64,000 nucleotides of DNA, taken from an uncultured bacterium. GTDB taxonomy: Bacteria; CAIWAD01. The notes under the pieces are model-generated. The model saw only the letters and a program-made list of their open reading frames with translations, had not been told where the DNA came from and did not search any database. Made by a program: the position numbers and the translations under genes. Positions 28,089-37,920 of this stretch are shown in pieces; the first letter of the stretch is position 1, and each line of letters begins with the position of its first letter. Location of the stretch: the NCBI GenBank assembly GCA_903910645.1, contig CAIWAD010000113.1:45564-109563 (forward strand), written 5' to 3'.

Positions 28089-28406
28089 TTATTCCATGCC
28101 GGCCATGGGGCCAGCACCATCCTGCTCGGTATGATCTGCGGCTTCTGGCCCAAGAACGCATTGATTGGCATAAGCTTCCAACACGCGATCCTCCACCTCC
28201 TGACGAAAGTCGTTGGAGATGGGATGGGCAATATCCCGATGGCTGCCGTCCTCCATGCGCCTGCTGGGCATGCACACAAAAAGGCCGCGCTGGCCCTCGA
28301 TCACTTTCAATCCGCGGACGACGAAGACATCATCCAGGGTGATGTTCACGAAGGCGCGCAAACGCTCTTCATGACGCAGGTTGACATGGACCTCGGTAAT
28401 GCGCAT
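28089..28406 (-). CDS. spoVG: SpoVG-family protein
   Basis: MRITEVHVNLRHEERLRAFVNITLDDVFVVRGLKVIEG. GGGAGG RBS. Confidence 0.85.
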   Translation of the reverse strand: MRITEVHVNLRHEERLRAFVNITLDDVFVVRGLKVIEGQRGLFVCMPSRRMEDGSHRDIAHPISNDFRQEVEDRVLEAYANQCVLGPEAADHTEQDGAGPMAGME

Positions 28407-29310
28407 CCGCCTCCCCCTTTTCAGCCTTCCCGCTTGGCGAGGTGTCCAGGGGGAGGGTGGACACCACCACAGGATAGCGGGACTGCAGTTCCTGCGCCAC
28501 AAGCCGGGCCGTCTGCAGATCTTCAAACAATGCGAACAAGGCCGACCCGCTTCCACTCATGGCCGCGAAGCGCGCTCCCATGCGTTTCAACAGGGCTTTT
28601 GCCTCCCGAAGCTGTGGATGAGCGGCAAAGACCACAGTCTCGAAATCATTCTCCGGCCATGTGGACGGATCCGCATGTCCATTCACGAAATCATGGGAAC
28701 CGTGAAAGCTAGCGTAGGCTCCCTGCTTTGTCAACCAACGGGATAGCTCGGCATAGGCCCAGCCGGTGGAGACATGCAATCCAGGCCAGAGCACCACCAC
28801 GGCATCCTGGAACAGCGGTTCGATGGGCGTCAGGATCTCGCCACGCCCCGTGACATGGCACCAGTCCGACTGCAGAAAGAAAGGGACATCGCTGCCCAGC
28901 TTCAAGGCCAATTCCGCCAGTGGAAAACCTGGATCTCCATCACCCAGGTGCTCCTCCAGCAGGAGCAGACAGGCGGCGGCGTCGCTGGAACCACCACCCA
29001 GCCCGGCCCCGGCAGGGATGTTCTTGTGCAAGTGAAGCTGCACGGCCTGGTGGCACAGGGGCCGCCCCCGCCCATGGGATTCCTCCCGCCAAAGCCGCAA
29101 AGCCTTGACTACCAAATTGTTTTCATCCATGGGGAGGGCAGGATCGGAACAGGAGAAATTGTCACGATCCGCCACCTCCATGCACAGGCGGTCGGCCAGT
29201 TGCAGGGGGACGAAAATGGATTCCAGCTCGTGGAAACCATCCGGGCGGCGACCCAAAATCTTCAAGCCCAGATTCAGCTTGGCGGGAGCCTGTCTCTCCA
29301 TGGAATGCAT
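28369..29310 (-). CDS. ispE: 4-diphosphocytidyl-2-C-methyl-D-erythritol kinase
   Basis: GHMP kinase motif PAGAGLGGGSSDAAA and N-terminal AKLNLGLKI. Confidence 0.9.
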   Translation of the reverse strand: MHSMERQAPAKLNLGLKILGRRPDGFHELESIFVPLQLADRLCMEVADRDNFSCSDPALPMDENNLVVKALRLWREESHGRGRPLCHQAVQLHLHKNIPAGAGLGGGSSDAAACLLLLEEHLGDGDPGFPLAELALKLGSDVPFFLQSDWCHVTGRGEILTPIEPLFQDAVVVLWPGLHVSTGWAYAELSRWLTKQGAYASFHGSHDFVNGHADPSTWPENDFETVVFAAHPQLREAKALLKRMGARFAAMSGSGSALFALFEDLQTARLVAQELQSRYPVVVSTLPLDTSPSGKAEKGEADAHYRGPCQPAS

Positions 29311-29415
29311 CAGGTGTTGAAGATTTGGGTTTGAGCGGCGACGAGCTTCCGGTCCATGGTCGGAGAATTGGCCTCCAATCCTGCACCCGGATTCAGGAAC
29401 GCAGCACTCGACAAG

Positions 29416-31776
29416 TCATGAGACATGTTCTGCACGCTCGGGCTGCCCTCGCCGCCGCGTGGAGCGCCGACGGGGGCTTTTGGCTGTTTCACCGTAATAA
29501 TAATAGCGATTATAGTAGTGGTAGTAATAGTAATAACTGCCGTAAACACGCTTAATGTCATAATCATTCAACACCGCACCCACCACTTGGCTGCCGGACT
29601 GCTCCAACTTGGAGAGGGCTTCGGACACTTCCCGATGATGGCTGGAGTTGCTGCGCACCACAATCACCACCGCATCCACCAGCCTGGCCAGAATGGTGGG
29701 ATCCGTCACGGGCACCACCGGCGGAGTGTCCACAATGACGAAGTCGTATTCCCGGCGCGCCCATTCCACCAGTTCGACCATGGCCGAACTGGCCAGCAGT
29801 TCCGCCGGATTGGGCGGAATGGGCCCGGCGCTGAGCACATGGAGATTTTCAATGTCCGTGTCGGAAATGGTGGTGGACGCATTTTGGCTGCCCGCCAGGA
29901 TTCCCGACAGCCCCACATTGCGCTCCAGACCAAAGTTCTTGTGGGCCGTTGGTCGGCGCATGTCGGCGTCAATGATCAAGGTGCGTCGTCCGGTTTGGGC
30001 CAGCGTGACGGCCAGGTTTGCGCTGGTCAGGCTCTTGCCTTCCTGGGTGGTGGACGATGTCACAATGATGGCTGGTGCGCGATTGACATCCTGGCCGTCG
30101 GCAACCGAACGCTCCAGCTTCATGAGAAGGGTGGTGCGCAGACTGCGATAGGCCTCGCTGATGGGCGATTTGGGGCTGAAATGGGTGATGAGCTTGCGCC
30201 GTACTTTCCAGGCGTCCTCTTCACGCAGGGTTTTGCCGGCGTTTTGTTTCAGCGCCCGTTCCAGACGGCGCACATTGATGGTAGGGACGGCCCCCAGCAT
30301 GGGAAGTCCGGCCTTGCGCAGATCCTCCGGCGTGACAATGCGTGTGTCGAAGAGGTGGTAGACGAAGGCCGCGCCCACTCCCAGGAAAAAGCCCAACAGG
30401 ATCCCCAGCAGCAGATTGAGGCGCTTGTTGGGACGCACGGGATGCTGGGGAACTTCCGCCTTGTCCAGCAGGCGCACATTGCCAATCATCCCCGCCGCCA
30501 CCGCCTGGTTCTCCTGGTGCTTCTCCATCAGCAGGCGGTAGAGCTTCTCGTTGATCTCCACATCCCGCGTGAACCGCGCATATTCGCGGCCCGCCTCCGG
30601 CAGCAGGCGCAAACGGCCCTCAAAGTCCGCCACCACCTTGCCCTGGGCATCCTGTGCGGCGCGCAGGGCCCGTCCTTCCACTTCCAGATCAATGATGCGC
30701 TCGAAGATCTGCTGCATGGTGCCAAGTGGGTCGGAACTTTTCATCTCCGTGATGGAAAGCTTGTTGGTCTCCTCCTTCAAGGAACTCTTCACCTTGCGCA
30801 GCTCGTCCTCCAGACGCCGCACATAGTCCTCCCACCCCGGTTCAGCCTTTGCCCGCACATTGGCGATCTGCGTCTGCTTGTCCGCGATTTCCCTGGACAG
30901 ACGCTCGATGGTTCCCGTGGACAAATTGCCCACATCGTCCACCAGGCTGCTCTGGCCCTGGCTGTACTGGCGTCGCAGATTCTCCAGGCTTACCTCGTTG
31001 GAACGCAACTCCAGATTGATGCGACTCAGCTCGGTCTGGGCGTTGGCGCTCTGCTGCACAATGGTGGCGGTTTCCACATCCAGGGCCGCCAGCTTCGAAC
31101 CCTCCTTGAACTGGGTCAAGTTGGTCTCCGCACCCTGCAGGCGCGTGGTCACTTGATCCAGTTGGTCCTTCAGGAAGCTGGTGAGCTCCGTGTACTCGGC
31201 ACGGCTGAACTCCTGGTTCTGCCGATGGAAGTGCTCGGCCAGCGTGTTGGCCAAATAGGCCGCCTCGAAGCCCGATGTGGCTTCAATACTGATGGAGAGC
31301 ACATTGGAATTCAGCACCTGCTTCACGGTCAAATGGGCCAGGAACCATTCGATGGCCTGGTCTTCCGATGCACTGCCCGGAGTGTCGGACTCTCCCAGCA
31401 TGACCAATCGGTCGGCATAGGGACTGGCGGCGGCACTAAGCACCACCTCCCGCGCCAGGCGCCGACTCTCCAGGATGCGCAGTTGGTCGGACACGCTGAA
31501 ATTTCCTGCAGACAGTGCGCCGTCCAAGGCCAGACCCGCTTCCCAGGGGCTGTTGGTGAGCACCATGGCGGTGGCTTCCGCGCGATAGACATAGGTCATG
31601 CGCGAATTGACCACCAAGGCCGCCAGCACGGCCAGCAACAGGGAGGCCAGCACGAACCAGCGCCCGGCGTAGAGGATGCGGTAGAGTTCGCCCAAGTCAA
31701 TGCGTCCGCCCTCGTCCTCGTCCGGGCGGGGTGTCCGGCTTTCTCGCGACGCTTTCACGGGCCGCTCTCCTTCCAT
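29416..31776 (-). CDS. Polysaccharide chain-length determinant/BY-kinase (Wzc/GumC-like) with a C-terminal Tyr cluster
   Basis: N-terminal TM, coiled-coil Wzz region, Walker A (TSSTTQEGKS) and DxD motifs, and a C-terminal SYYYYYHYYNRYYYYGE tail. Confidence 0.85.
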   Translation of the reverse strand: MEGERPVKASRESRTPRPDEDEGGRIDLGELYRILYAGRWFVLASLLLAVLAALVVNSRMTYVYRAEATAMVLTNSPWEAGLALDGALSAGNFSVSDQLRILESRRLAREVVLSAAASPYADRLVMLGESDTPGSASEDQAIEWFLAHLTVKQVLNSNVLSISIEATSGFEAAYLANTLAEHFHRQNQEFSRAEYTELTSFLKDQLDQVTTRLQGAETNLTQFKEGSKLAALDVETATIVQQSANAQTELSRINLELRSNEVSLENLRRQYSQGQSSLVDDVGNLSTGTIERLSREIADKQTQIANVRAKAEPGWEDYVRRLEDELRKVKSSLKEETNKLSITEMKSSDPLGTMQQIFERIIDLEVEGRALRAAQDAQGKVVADFEGRLRLLPEAGREYARFTRDVEINEKLYRLLMEKHQENQAVAAGMIGNVRLLDKAEVPQHPVRPNKRLNLLLGILLGFFLGVGAAFVYHLFDTRIVTPEDLRKAGLPMLGAVPTINVRRLERALKQNAGKTLREEDAWKVRRKLITHFSPKSPISEAYRSLRTTLLMKLERSVADGQDVNRAPAIIVTSSTTQEGKSLTSANLAVTLAQTGRRTLIIDADMRRPTAHKNFGLERNVGLSGILAGSQNASTTISDTDIENLHVLSAGPIPPNPAELLASSAMVELVEWARREYDFVIVDTPPVVPVTDPTILARLVDAVVIVVRSNSSHHREVSEALSKLEQSGSQVVGAVLNDYDIKRVYGSYYYYYHYYNRYYYYGETAKSPRRRSTRRRGQPERAEHVS

Positions 31777-32870
31777 TGCATCACATCCGAAAAACGCAGC
31801 CTGAGGAAAGGCAGGGCCACCAGTCCCAACACGGTCAGCACCAGCCAGGTGATGAGGTGGTTGCCCAAGGCGAAGCTGGTGGCTTCCTCGGCACCCGCCC
31901 CAATGAGACCCATGGCCAGGGCCGTGAAGTACTGCACCGTGCCGAAAGCTCCCGGCGCGGCGGGGATCATGTAGCCCAGGCTGACGAAAACCAGCAGCAT
32001 CAACAGGGAGGCGAAGGGCGCCTGGCCAAAGAGGGCCATCTCCTGATGAAGGCCATAGGCGTGCACCATGCAGGCAAGTGACGCCAGGTAGCAGCCCATC
32101 AGCAAGGAGGTCTGGGCAAGCAGAAGCAAGGCTTCCCATGGGGACCGCAGAATCTCCAGCCCTGATGAGAAGGTGGCGAAGAGGCGATGCAGGCGCGCCG
32201 CCGGACGGGCGGGAAGGAAGCGCGTGAGCAGGGCTTCCGACAACACTAGGCTGCGCTCACGGAAGAGCACCAAAAGGAGCAGAAAGGCCAAGCCCAATCC
32301 TGCGCCGGTGGCCAGCAGCGGTGCCAGCGAACGGAAGCGGTCCAGGGCCCCAAGCGCCTCCGGGCTTGCCGCCCCGGCGGCCTCCAGCAAATCCCCCTGC
32401 ATCAGCACCATCAACACCAACACAGAGAGGGCGCCGATCATGTCCATCATGCGTTCAAGCACAATGGTGGCCAGGGCGCCCGCCACGGGCACCTGACTGC
32501 GCAGGCCCAGCGCGCCGGCGCGCAAGACCTCACCCAGTCGCATGGGCAGCAGGTTGTTGGCCATGTAGCCCAGGTTGGTCAAATGGAACATGCGATCCAA
32601 TGGCACGCGGTCCAGGGGACGGGCAATGAGTTGCCAGCGCCATGCCCGCACCACCAGGGACAGGATGAGGAAGCCCAGGGCTCCGGCAAAGGGCAGCCAC
32701 TTGAGATGCAGCAGAAGCCTGCCCACGGTGGGCCAATCCACGCGGGTGGCCAGAAAGGCCTGTGCCATGGTGGCTTCACCACGGTACCAGGCTCCCGGCG
32801 CGGGATTGAAGACAAAGAGATAGATGAAGAAGAGCGAGATGAGCAGGGCCACCAGGCTGCTGCGCTTCAT
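31755..32870 (-). CDS. Flippase-like membrane protein (UPF0104/lysylphosphatidylglycerol-synthase TM-domain family)
   Basis: Polytopic, ~370 aa, with family-like sequence through the TM region. The start was chosen at MKRSSLVALLISLFF. Confidence 0.55.
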   Translation of the reverse strand: MKRSSLVALLISLFFIYLFVFNPAPGAWYRGEATMAQAFLATRVDWPTVGRLLLHLKWLPFAGALGFLILSLVVRAWRWQLIARPLDRVPLDRMFHLTNLGYMANNLLPMRLGEVLRAGALGLRSQVPVAGALATIVLERMMDMIGALSVLVLMVLMQGDLLEAAGAASPEALGALDRFRSLAPLLATGAGLGLAFLLLLVLFRERSLVLSEALLTRFLPARPAARLHRLFATFSSGLEILRSPWEALLLLAQTSLLMGCYLASLACMVHAYGLHQEMALFGQAPFASLLMLLVFVSLGYMIPAAPGAFGTVQYFTALAMGLIGAGAEEATSFALGNHLITWLVLTVLGLVALPFLRLRFSDVMQWKESGP

Positions 32871-33526
32871 GGGCGGCCCCCGCCGCCGGCACCCGGGCGC
32901 AGATCCACCAGCTCCATGCCGGCAGGCAGGCGGAACGCCAGCTCCTTGGCCTTCACTCCGCGATTCGGCCAGGACTGCCGCTTCAGCACCACAAAGCGCA
33001 TGCGCGTGTCCGTGAAATCCGTGAAGGCCACATCCCGCGGCCACCACTGGTCCTTTTCCTTCTGCAGGGTCAGTTGAACTTCGCGCATGAACTCCGAACC
33101 ACTGCGCGGCGACAAGCGCATCAGTTTGCGCCGTGGACCCGCGCTCTTCAAGGACTGGGGCTTGAAGCGCTCCTCCACCAGGATGAGCAGCTGATGGGGC
33201 AGGAGCACGTCCTCGCTTTGACCAGGCTTCTCCAGCAGAACCTGTGCGCCTCCATCCTCCCAGCGCCACAGGCTTTTGCCATCGCTGAGCAGGTGCATGC
33301 CTTCCATGTCCACGCGGAAACTGCCGTCGGGACAAGCCAGCAGGCGGCCCCGTGTGCGCAGCGTGTCCGTGCCGTGCTGGGGCAGTTGCTGCTGTTCAAA
33401 GGAAAGCTCCCAAAGGTCCCGGGACTGGAAGGCGTTGCGAACCTGGCGCAGAAGCTTCTCCGCCTCGCCAGCCTGGCACACCAAGGCGGCCAGCAGGATC
33501 CCCACACATGCAAGCAGCGCTTTCAC
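32867..33526 (-). CDS. lolA: LolA-like outer-membrane lipoprotein carrier protein
   Basis: Signal peptide plus LolA-like beta-barrel sequence. GTGA overlap with the ftsK stop (ftsK-lolA synteny as in E. coli). Confidence 0.7.
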   Translation of the reverse strand: MKALLACVGILLAALVCQAGEAEKLLRQVRNAFQSRDLWELSFEQQQLPQHGTDTLRTRGRLLACPDGSFRVDMEGMHLLSDGKSLWRWEDGGAQVLLEKPGQSEDVLLPHQLLILVEERFKPQSLKSAGPRRKLMRLSPRSGSEFMREVQLTLQKEKDQWWPRDVAFTDFTDTRMRFVVLKRQSWPNRGVKAKELAFRLPAGMELVDLRPGAGGGGRP

Positions 33527-35952
33527 AGGCTGCGGTGCTCCTCTATCCAGTCCATGTCCACCAGCACTTGCCTTGCCTTGGAGCCATCAAAGGGGCCCAC
33601 CACGCCGGCGATCTCCAGCTCATCAATGAGACGGCTGGCGCGGCTGTGGCCAATGCGCAGGCGCCGTTGCAGCACGGAGACCGATCCTTGTTGGGAAAGA
33701 ATGACTTGTTCCGCCGCATCCCAGAACAGCTCGTCCCGCGCACCGCCTTCCGCCGGCGAGGAGGAGGATCGGCTTCCATCCACTTCCCCCGACACGGGCA
33801 GGCGGAACTTGGGGAAGTCCCGGCTCTGCTTGCGGATGTGGTCCAGCAAGGCGCGGATTTCCTTGCCGGTGATCAGGCTGTTGTGCATGCGCACAGGCTC
33901 GGGGCTGCCCGATGCCAGGTACAACATGTCGCCACGGCCCAGCAGCTGGTCGGCGCCCATGCAATCGATGATGGTCTTGGAGTCCACCTTCTGGCGCACG
34001 GCGAAGGCGATGCGCGCCGGGAAGTTGGCCTTGATGAGGCCGGTGAGCACATCCACGCTGGGGCGCTGGGTGGCCACCACCAAATGGATGCCCACGGCGC
34101 GCGCTTTCTGCGCCAGCCGGGCGATGGAGGTTTCAATCTCCTTGCCCGCCGTCATCATCAAATCCGCCAGCTCGTCGATGATCACCACCAGGTAGACCAT
34201 CTTCTCCGGAGCGCGATCCTGGCGGCCTGGCAGTTCCAAATCCCCTGCTTCCAGGCGGCGTTGCACTTCGCCGGAGAGCAGGGCCTCGTTGAACTCCTGG
34301 ATGGAGCGATAGCCGGTCTGGCTCAGGTAGCGGTAGCGGTTGTCCATTTCCACTTCCAGGGCGGCCAGCACGCGCACGGCATCCTGGGGATCCGTGATCA
34401 CATCCCCTTCCACGCCATCCATGCCGGCAATGAAGTGGTCGGCTATGCGCCGGTAATCGGAGAGCTCGATCATCTTGGGATCCACCATCACGAACTGCAC
34501 CTCGGTGGGCAGCGCGCGCAGCAGGATGCTGCAGATGATGCCGTTCACGCACACGCTCTTGCCGGATCCCGTCTGGCCAGCCACCAGCACATGGGGCATG
34601 GCGCGCAAATCCGCCACCGCCGCCTCGCCGCTGGAGGTTTTCCCAAGAACCACGGCCAGCGGGCTGTCGGCCCGGGTGAACTTCTCCGTGTTCACAATGC
34701 TCTTCATGAACACCGTGTTGCGCACTCGGTTGGGCAGCTCGATGCCCACGGCCCCCTTGCCGGGCACGGGAGCGATGATACGGATGCGTTCCGCCTTGAG
34801 CTTCATGGCCAGATCATCCGCCAGGGCGACAATGCGGCTCACTTTCACGCCAGGGGCGGGCTCCAGGTCGTAGCGCGTGATGACAGGTCCGGGATGCACA
34901 TGCACAACCCTTGCCTCCACGCTGAAGTCCCCCAGGCAGGCCACCAGGGCCTCGGAGTTGGCGCGCAGATCCTCTTCCGTCACGTGGTACTCATCGGCGG
35001 GCGGATCCGCCAGCAGATCCACGGGTGGCGGTTTGTAGCGGAACTCCGAAGTGCGTTCCGCCCGGAACAGGGCTTCGTCTTCAACCACCGGCTGGGTGAT
35101 CTCGAACTCGTCGCCATTGCGCGGCACGGGACGGGGGCGCGGCGCATCCGGCGCGGTGTCTGGCACAAGCGGCGAATCCTGCTCCGGTACGGCGCCCCCA
35201 AGCCCGGTTGCGGGCTCCTCCACCTGGGGAAAGTCCTCCCGCACAGGCAGTGGGCGACGACGCCCTCCGCGCGGCGGACTCGCCTCCGGGCGCTCCAGAG
35301 TCTCCTCCAGATCCTTGGCCTCCGCCTGGCGGCGGGCCAGATCCCGCTCGGCCCTGCGCTGGGCGCGGGCTTCACGCCAATCGTCCAGCCTTTCCAGCAG
35401 GCGTGGGCCAAGGCTGCCCATGCGGGCCAGCAGGCCTTCCAGGAATGGCCCCGGATTCCATTTGAACACAATGGCCAAGGTGAGCAGATCCAGGGTGGCC
35501 AGCAGGATGAACAGGCCCACTGAACCGGTCCAGTCCTCCACCAGACGACGGGTGAGCACGGCCAGCCAGGTTCCAGAGATCCAGGCTCCACCGCTGTCGA
35601 TGCCATGCAGGCTGTAAATGCGGGCGATGGCGCCGTGAGTCAGGGCGCCGGCCAGGCCCAGCAGCAGCAAACGCAGATTGGCCGCCCACACGGGTGCAGG
35701 CTGGGAACGCAACAGATTCCATCCATAGCGGGCCAACATGACGGGAAAAACCAGTGACCAGATCTGGCCCAGGCCCCAGGTGATGAGCGTGCGGGAGAAG
35801 AAATCCCCCATGGCGCCCAGGAGATGCAGACCCTCCTCCTGATGCGCGGCAACCAGGGCCACAGTCAGGAAAAGGCTGAAGCCCATCAGGCCGATTCCCA
35901 ACAGGATCCGCCCCTGCACGCCCTGTTGCTCCATGCCCCTGCTCCTGGCCAT
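33523..35952 (-). CDS. ftsK: DNA translocase FtsK/SpoIIIE
   Basis: N-terminal TMs, Pro-rich linker, Walker A GQTGSGKS, and a C-terminal gamma (winged-helix) domain. Confidence 0.95.
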   Translation of the reverse strand: MARSRGMEQQGVQGRILLGIGLMGFSLFLTVALVAAHQEEGLHLLGAMGDFFSRTLITWGLGQIWSLVFPVMLARYGWNLLRSQPAPVWAANLRLLLLGLAGALTHGAIARIYSLHGIDSGGAWISGTWLAVLTRRLVEDWTGSVGLFILLATLDLLTLAIVFKWNPGPFLEGLLARMGSLGPRLLERLDDWREARAQRRAERDLARRQAEAKDLEETLERPEASPPRGGRRRPLPVREDFPQVEEPATGLGGAVPEQDSPLVPDTAPDAPRPRPVPRNGDEFEITQPVVEDEALFRAERTSEFRYKPPPVDLLADPPADEYHVTEEDLRANSEALVACLGDFSVEARVVHVHPGPVITRYDLEPAPGVKVSRIVALADDLAMKLKAERIRIIAPVPGKGAVGIELPNRVRNTVFMKSIVNTEKFTRADSPLAVVLGKTSSGEAAVADLRAMPHVLVAGQTGSGKSVCVNGIICSILLRALPTEVQFVMVDPKMIELSDYRRIADHFIAGMDGVEGDVITDPQDAVRVLAALEVEMDNRYRYLSQTGYRSIQEFNEALLSGEVQRRLEAGDLELPGRQDRAPEKMVYLVVIIDELADLMMTAGKEIETSIARLAQKARAVGIHLVVATQRPSVDVLTGLIKANFPARIAFAVRQKVDSKTIIDCMGADQLLGRGDMLYLASGSPEPVRMHNSLITGKEIRALLDHIRKQSRDFPKFRLPVSGEVDGSRSSSSPAEGGARDELFWDAAEQVILSQQGSVSVLQRRLRIGHSRASRLIDELEIAGVVGPFDGSKARQVLVDMDWIEEHRSL

Positions 35953-36770
35953 CAGCGCTCCCTGCTCTCCTCTTGGCCTCCACTGGTCGCATCAACTGGG
36001 GAGAGTTCCTCCGGATCCTCCACTTGTGGTGGAGTCAGAGTGATCTCCTCTCCCCATTGGAAAGGCAGGACATCCAGCGCGTCCACGCTGGCACAGGCGT
36101 CCAGGTCCTCGCCAAGTCCCATGGCCTTCAGGCGCTGCCCGTGGGCGCTTTGATCCAGGCAATCGCGCGGATCCCCACCCCAACGCTCCGCCAGCACCAA
36201 ACCCACCCGGGCGGCATCATTCAGCTCCACATCCTGCTCCGGGAGCAATTCCAGCACGCGCGCGATGAGCATGCCGCCACACACGGCATCCTCCAGACAG
36301 AAGCGGCCGGCCTGCCCCGAACACACCACCAGCACATGGCGCTCAGCGCCGGCCAGCCAGCGGGCGGCCGCGCCCAGATTCACCAGGGATGCCACCGCCA
36401 CCGAACGCACATGACGCAGGGCGGCCAGTGCAGGCGTGCCGTTCCCCGTCAACATGATGAGGTTCGTCCCCTTCAGGCGTGGTGAGGTGAACTCCCGTGG
36501 ACTGTTGCCCAAATCGAAGCCGGGAATGGGCCTGGACTCCCGCTCGCCGCCCAACAACACGCGGCTGCGACCCAGGCTTTCCACCAGTTCCGTGACCTCA
36601 CCCAGATCCCCCGCCGCCATGATGCGACGGCATCCCGCCGCCATGGCGTGGCACATGCTGGTGGTGGAGCGCAACACATCAATGACCGCCACGCGGGCAT
36701 CGCGCAGGCCATCCTCCTCGCCGGAAGGGAGGGGTTGGCGGGGAGGGGTCAGTAAAAGGTCAAGCTTCAC
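35952..36770 (-). CDS. comB: 2-phosphosulfolactate phosphatase family protein
   Basis: VIDVLRSTTS and GFDLGNSP motifs. The GTG start overlaps the gcvT stop (GTGA). Confidence 0.7.
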   Translation of the reverse strand: MKLDLLLTPPRQPLPSGEEDGLRDARVAVIDVLRSTTSMCHAMAAGCRRIMAAGDLGEVTELVESLGRSRVLLGGERESRPIPGFDLGNSPREFTSPRLKGTNLIMLTGNGTPALAALRHVRSVAVASLVNLGAAARWLAGAERHVLVVCSGQAGRFCLEDAVCGGMLIARVLELLPEQDVELNDAARVGLVLAERWGGDPRDCLDQSAHGQRLKAMGLGEDLDACASVDALDVLPFQWGEEITLTPPQVEDPEELSPVDATSGGQEESRER

Positions 36771-37870
36771 CGGCACGGCACTTCCAGCTGCACGAAGGGC
36801 GTGGGCACCACCCGCGCGGCACAGCGCCGGCCACCCAGATCCACTTCGAACTCGACGCCGTTGACCGCATGGGGAAGCGCCAGGTAGGCCATGCCAATGG
36901 CCTTTCCCAGCACGGGGCTGTGGCCCCCGCTGGTGACCTGGCCAATGGACAAGCCGTCCATCAGGCAATCCTGGCCATGCCGGGCAATGCCCCGGCCCAG
37001 CACCTCAAAGCCCACAAGCTTGCGCTGCAGGCCCTGGGCCTTCTGGCGCTGCAGGACTTCCAGCCCAAGGAAGGGGCGGCCCTTCTTCATCTTGGTGATC
37101 CAACCCAGGTCCGCCTCCAGCGTGCTGGTGCCCCCGTCGATGTCGTTCCCATAAAGGGCGTACTTCATTTCCAGGCGCAGACTGTCCCGGGCCCCCAGGC
37201 CAATGGGCCCCATGCCGCCTTCACGCAGGGCGGGCATGAGCAGGTCCCACAGCTCCCCGGCGCGCTCGTTTTTCACATAAAGCTCGAAACCGCGCTCCCC
37301 GGTGTAGCCGGTGCGGGCCAGGATAAGGGGAATACCCCCCAGGCTCCCTTCGCGGAACCAGTAATAGGGCAGGTCTTTGAGATCCTGATCGGCCATGCGC
37401 AGCACAAGCTGATAGGCTTCGCGCCCCTGCAAGGCCAGGAGGCTGAATTCGTCGCTGCGATCCTTCAGGGTAACGCCCTCACCCACATGGGCTTGCAGCC
37501 AGGCCCAGTCCTTGTCCCGGTTGGAGGCGTTCACCACCAGCATGAAATGCGTGTCGTCCATGCGGTGCACCAATAGGTCGTCCACAATGCCGCCTTCGGG
37601 GGTCATGAAGGCCGAGTACTGCACCTGTCCGTGGGCCAGGGAGGCCACGTGATTCACGGTGACCGAGTCCAGGAAGGCTTCCGCCCCGGGGCCCTCCACG
37701 AAGAATTCGCCCATGTGGGACACATCGAAAACTCCACCCAGGCGGCGCACCAGGAGATGCTCCTCGATGATGGATCCATATTGGATGGGCATGCGGTAGC
37801 CGGCGAAGTCCACCATTTTGGCCCCGCAGGCCAAGTGGCGGTCGTGCAGCGCGGTGGCTTGTGCGCTCAT
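36767..37870 (-). CDS. gcvT: Glycine cleavage system T protein (aminomethyltransferase)
   Basis: Full-length GcvT similarity (FDVSHMG, ARTGYTGE motifs). Confidence 0.9.
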   Translation of the reverse strand: MSAQATALHDRHLACGAKMVDFAGYRMPIQYGSIIEEHLLVRRLGGVFDVSHMGEFFVEGPGAEAFLDSVTVNHVASLAHGQVQYSAFMTPEGGIVDDLLVHRMDDTHFMLVVNASNRDKDWAWLQAHVGEGVTLKDRSDEFSLLALQGREAYQLVLRMADQDLKDLPYYWFREGSLGGIPLILARTGYTGERGFELYVKNERAGELWDLLMPALREGGMGPIGLGARDSLRLEMKYALYGNDIDGGTSTLEADLGWITKMKKGRPFLGLEVLQRQKAQGLQRKLVGFEVLGRGIARHGQDCLMDGLSIGQVTSGGHSPVLGKAIGMAYLALPHAVNGVEFEVDLGGRRCAARVVPTPFVQLEVPCR

Positions 37871-37920
37871 CTATAGCCTCTCGGTATTGATGGTGTGTGG
37901 CCTCCAATGTAACCAACGGC

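Noticed and set aside
29425-31974. 849-aa plus-strand ORF
   Set aside because: Antisense to the Wzc-like BY-kinase gene.
33352-35523. 723-aa plus-strand ORF
   Set aside because: Antisense to ftsK.
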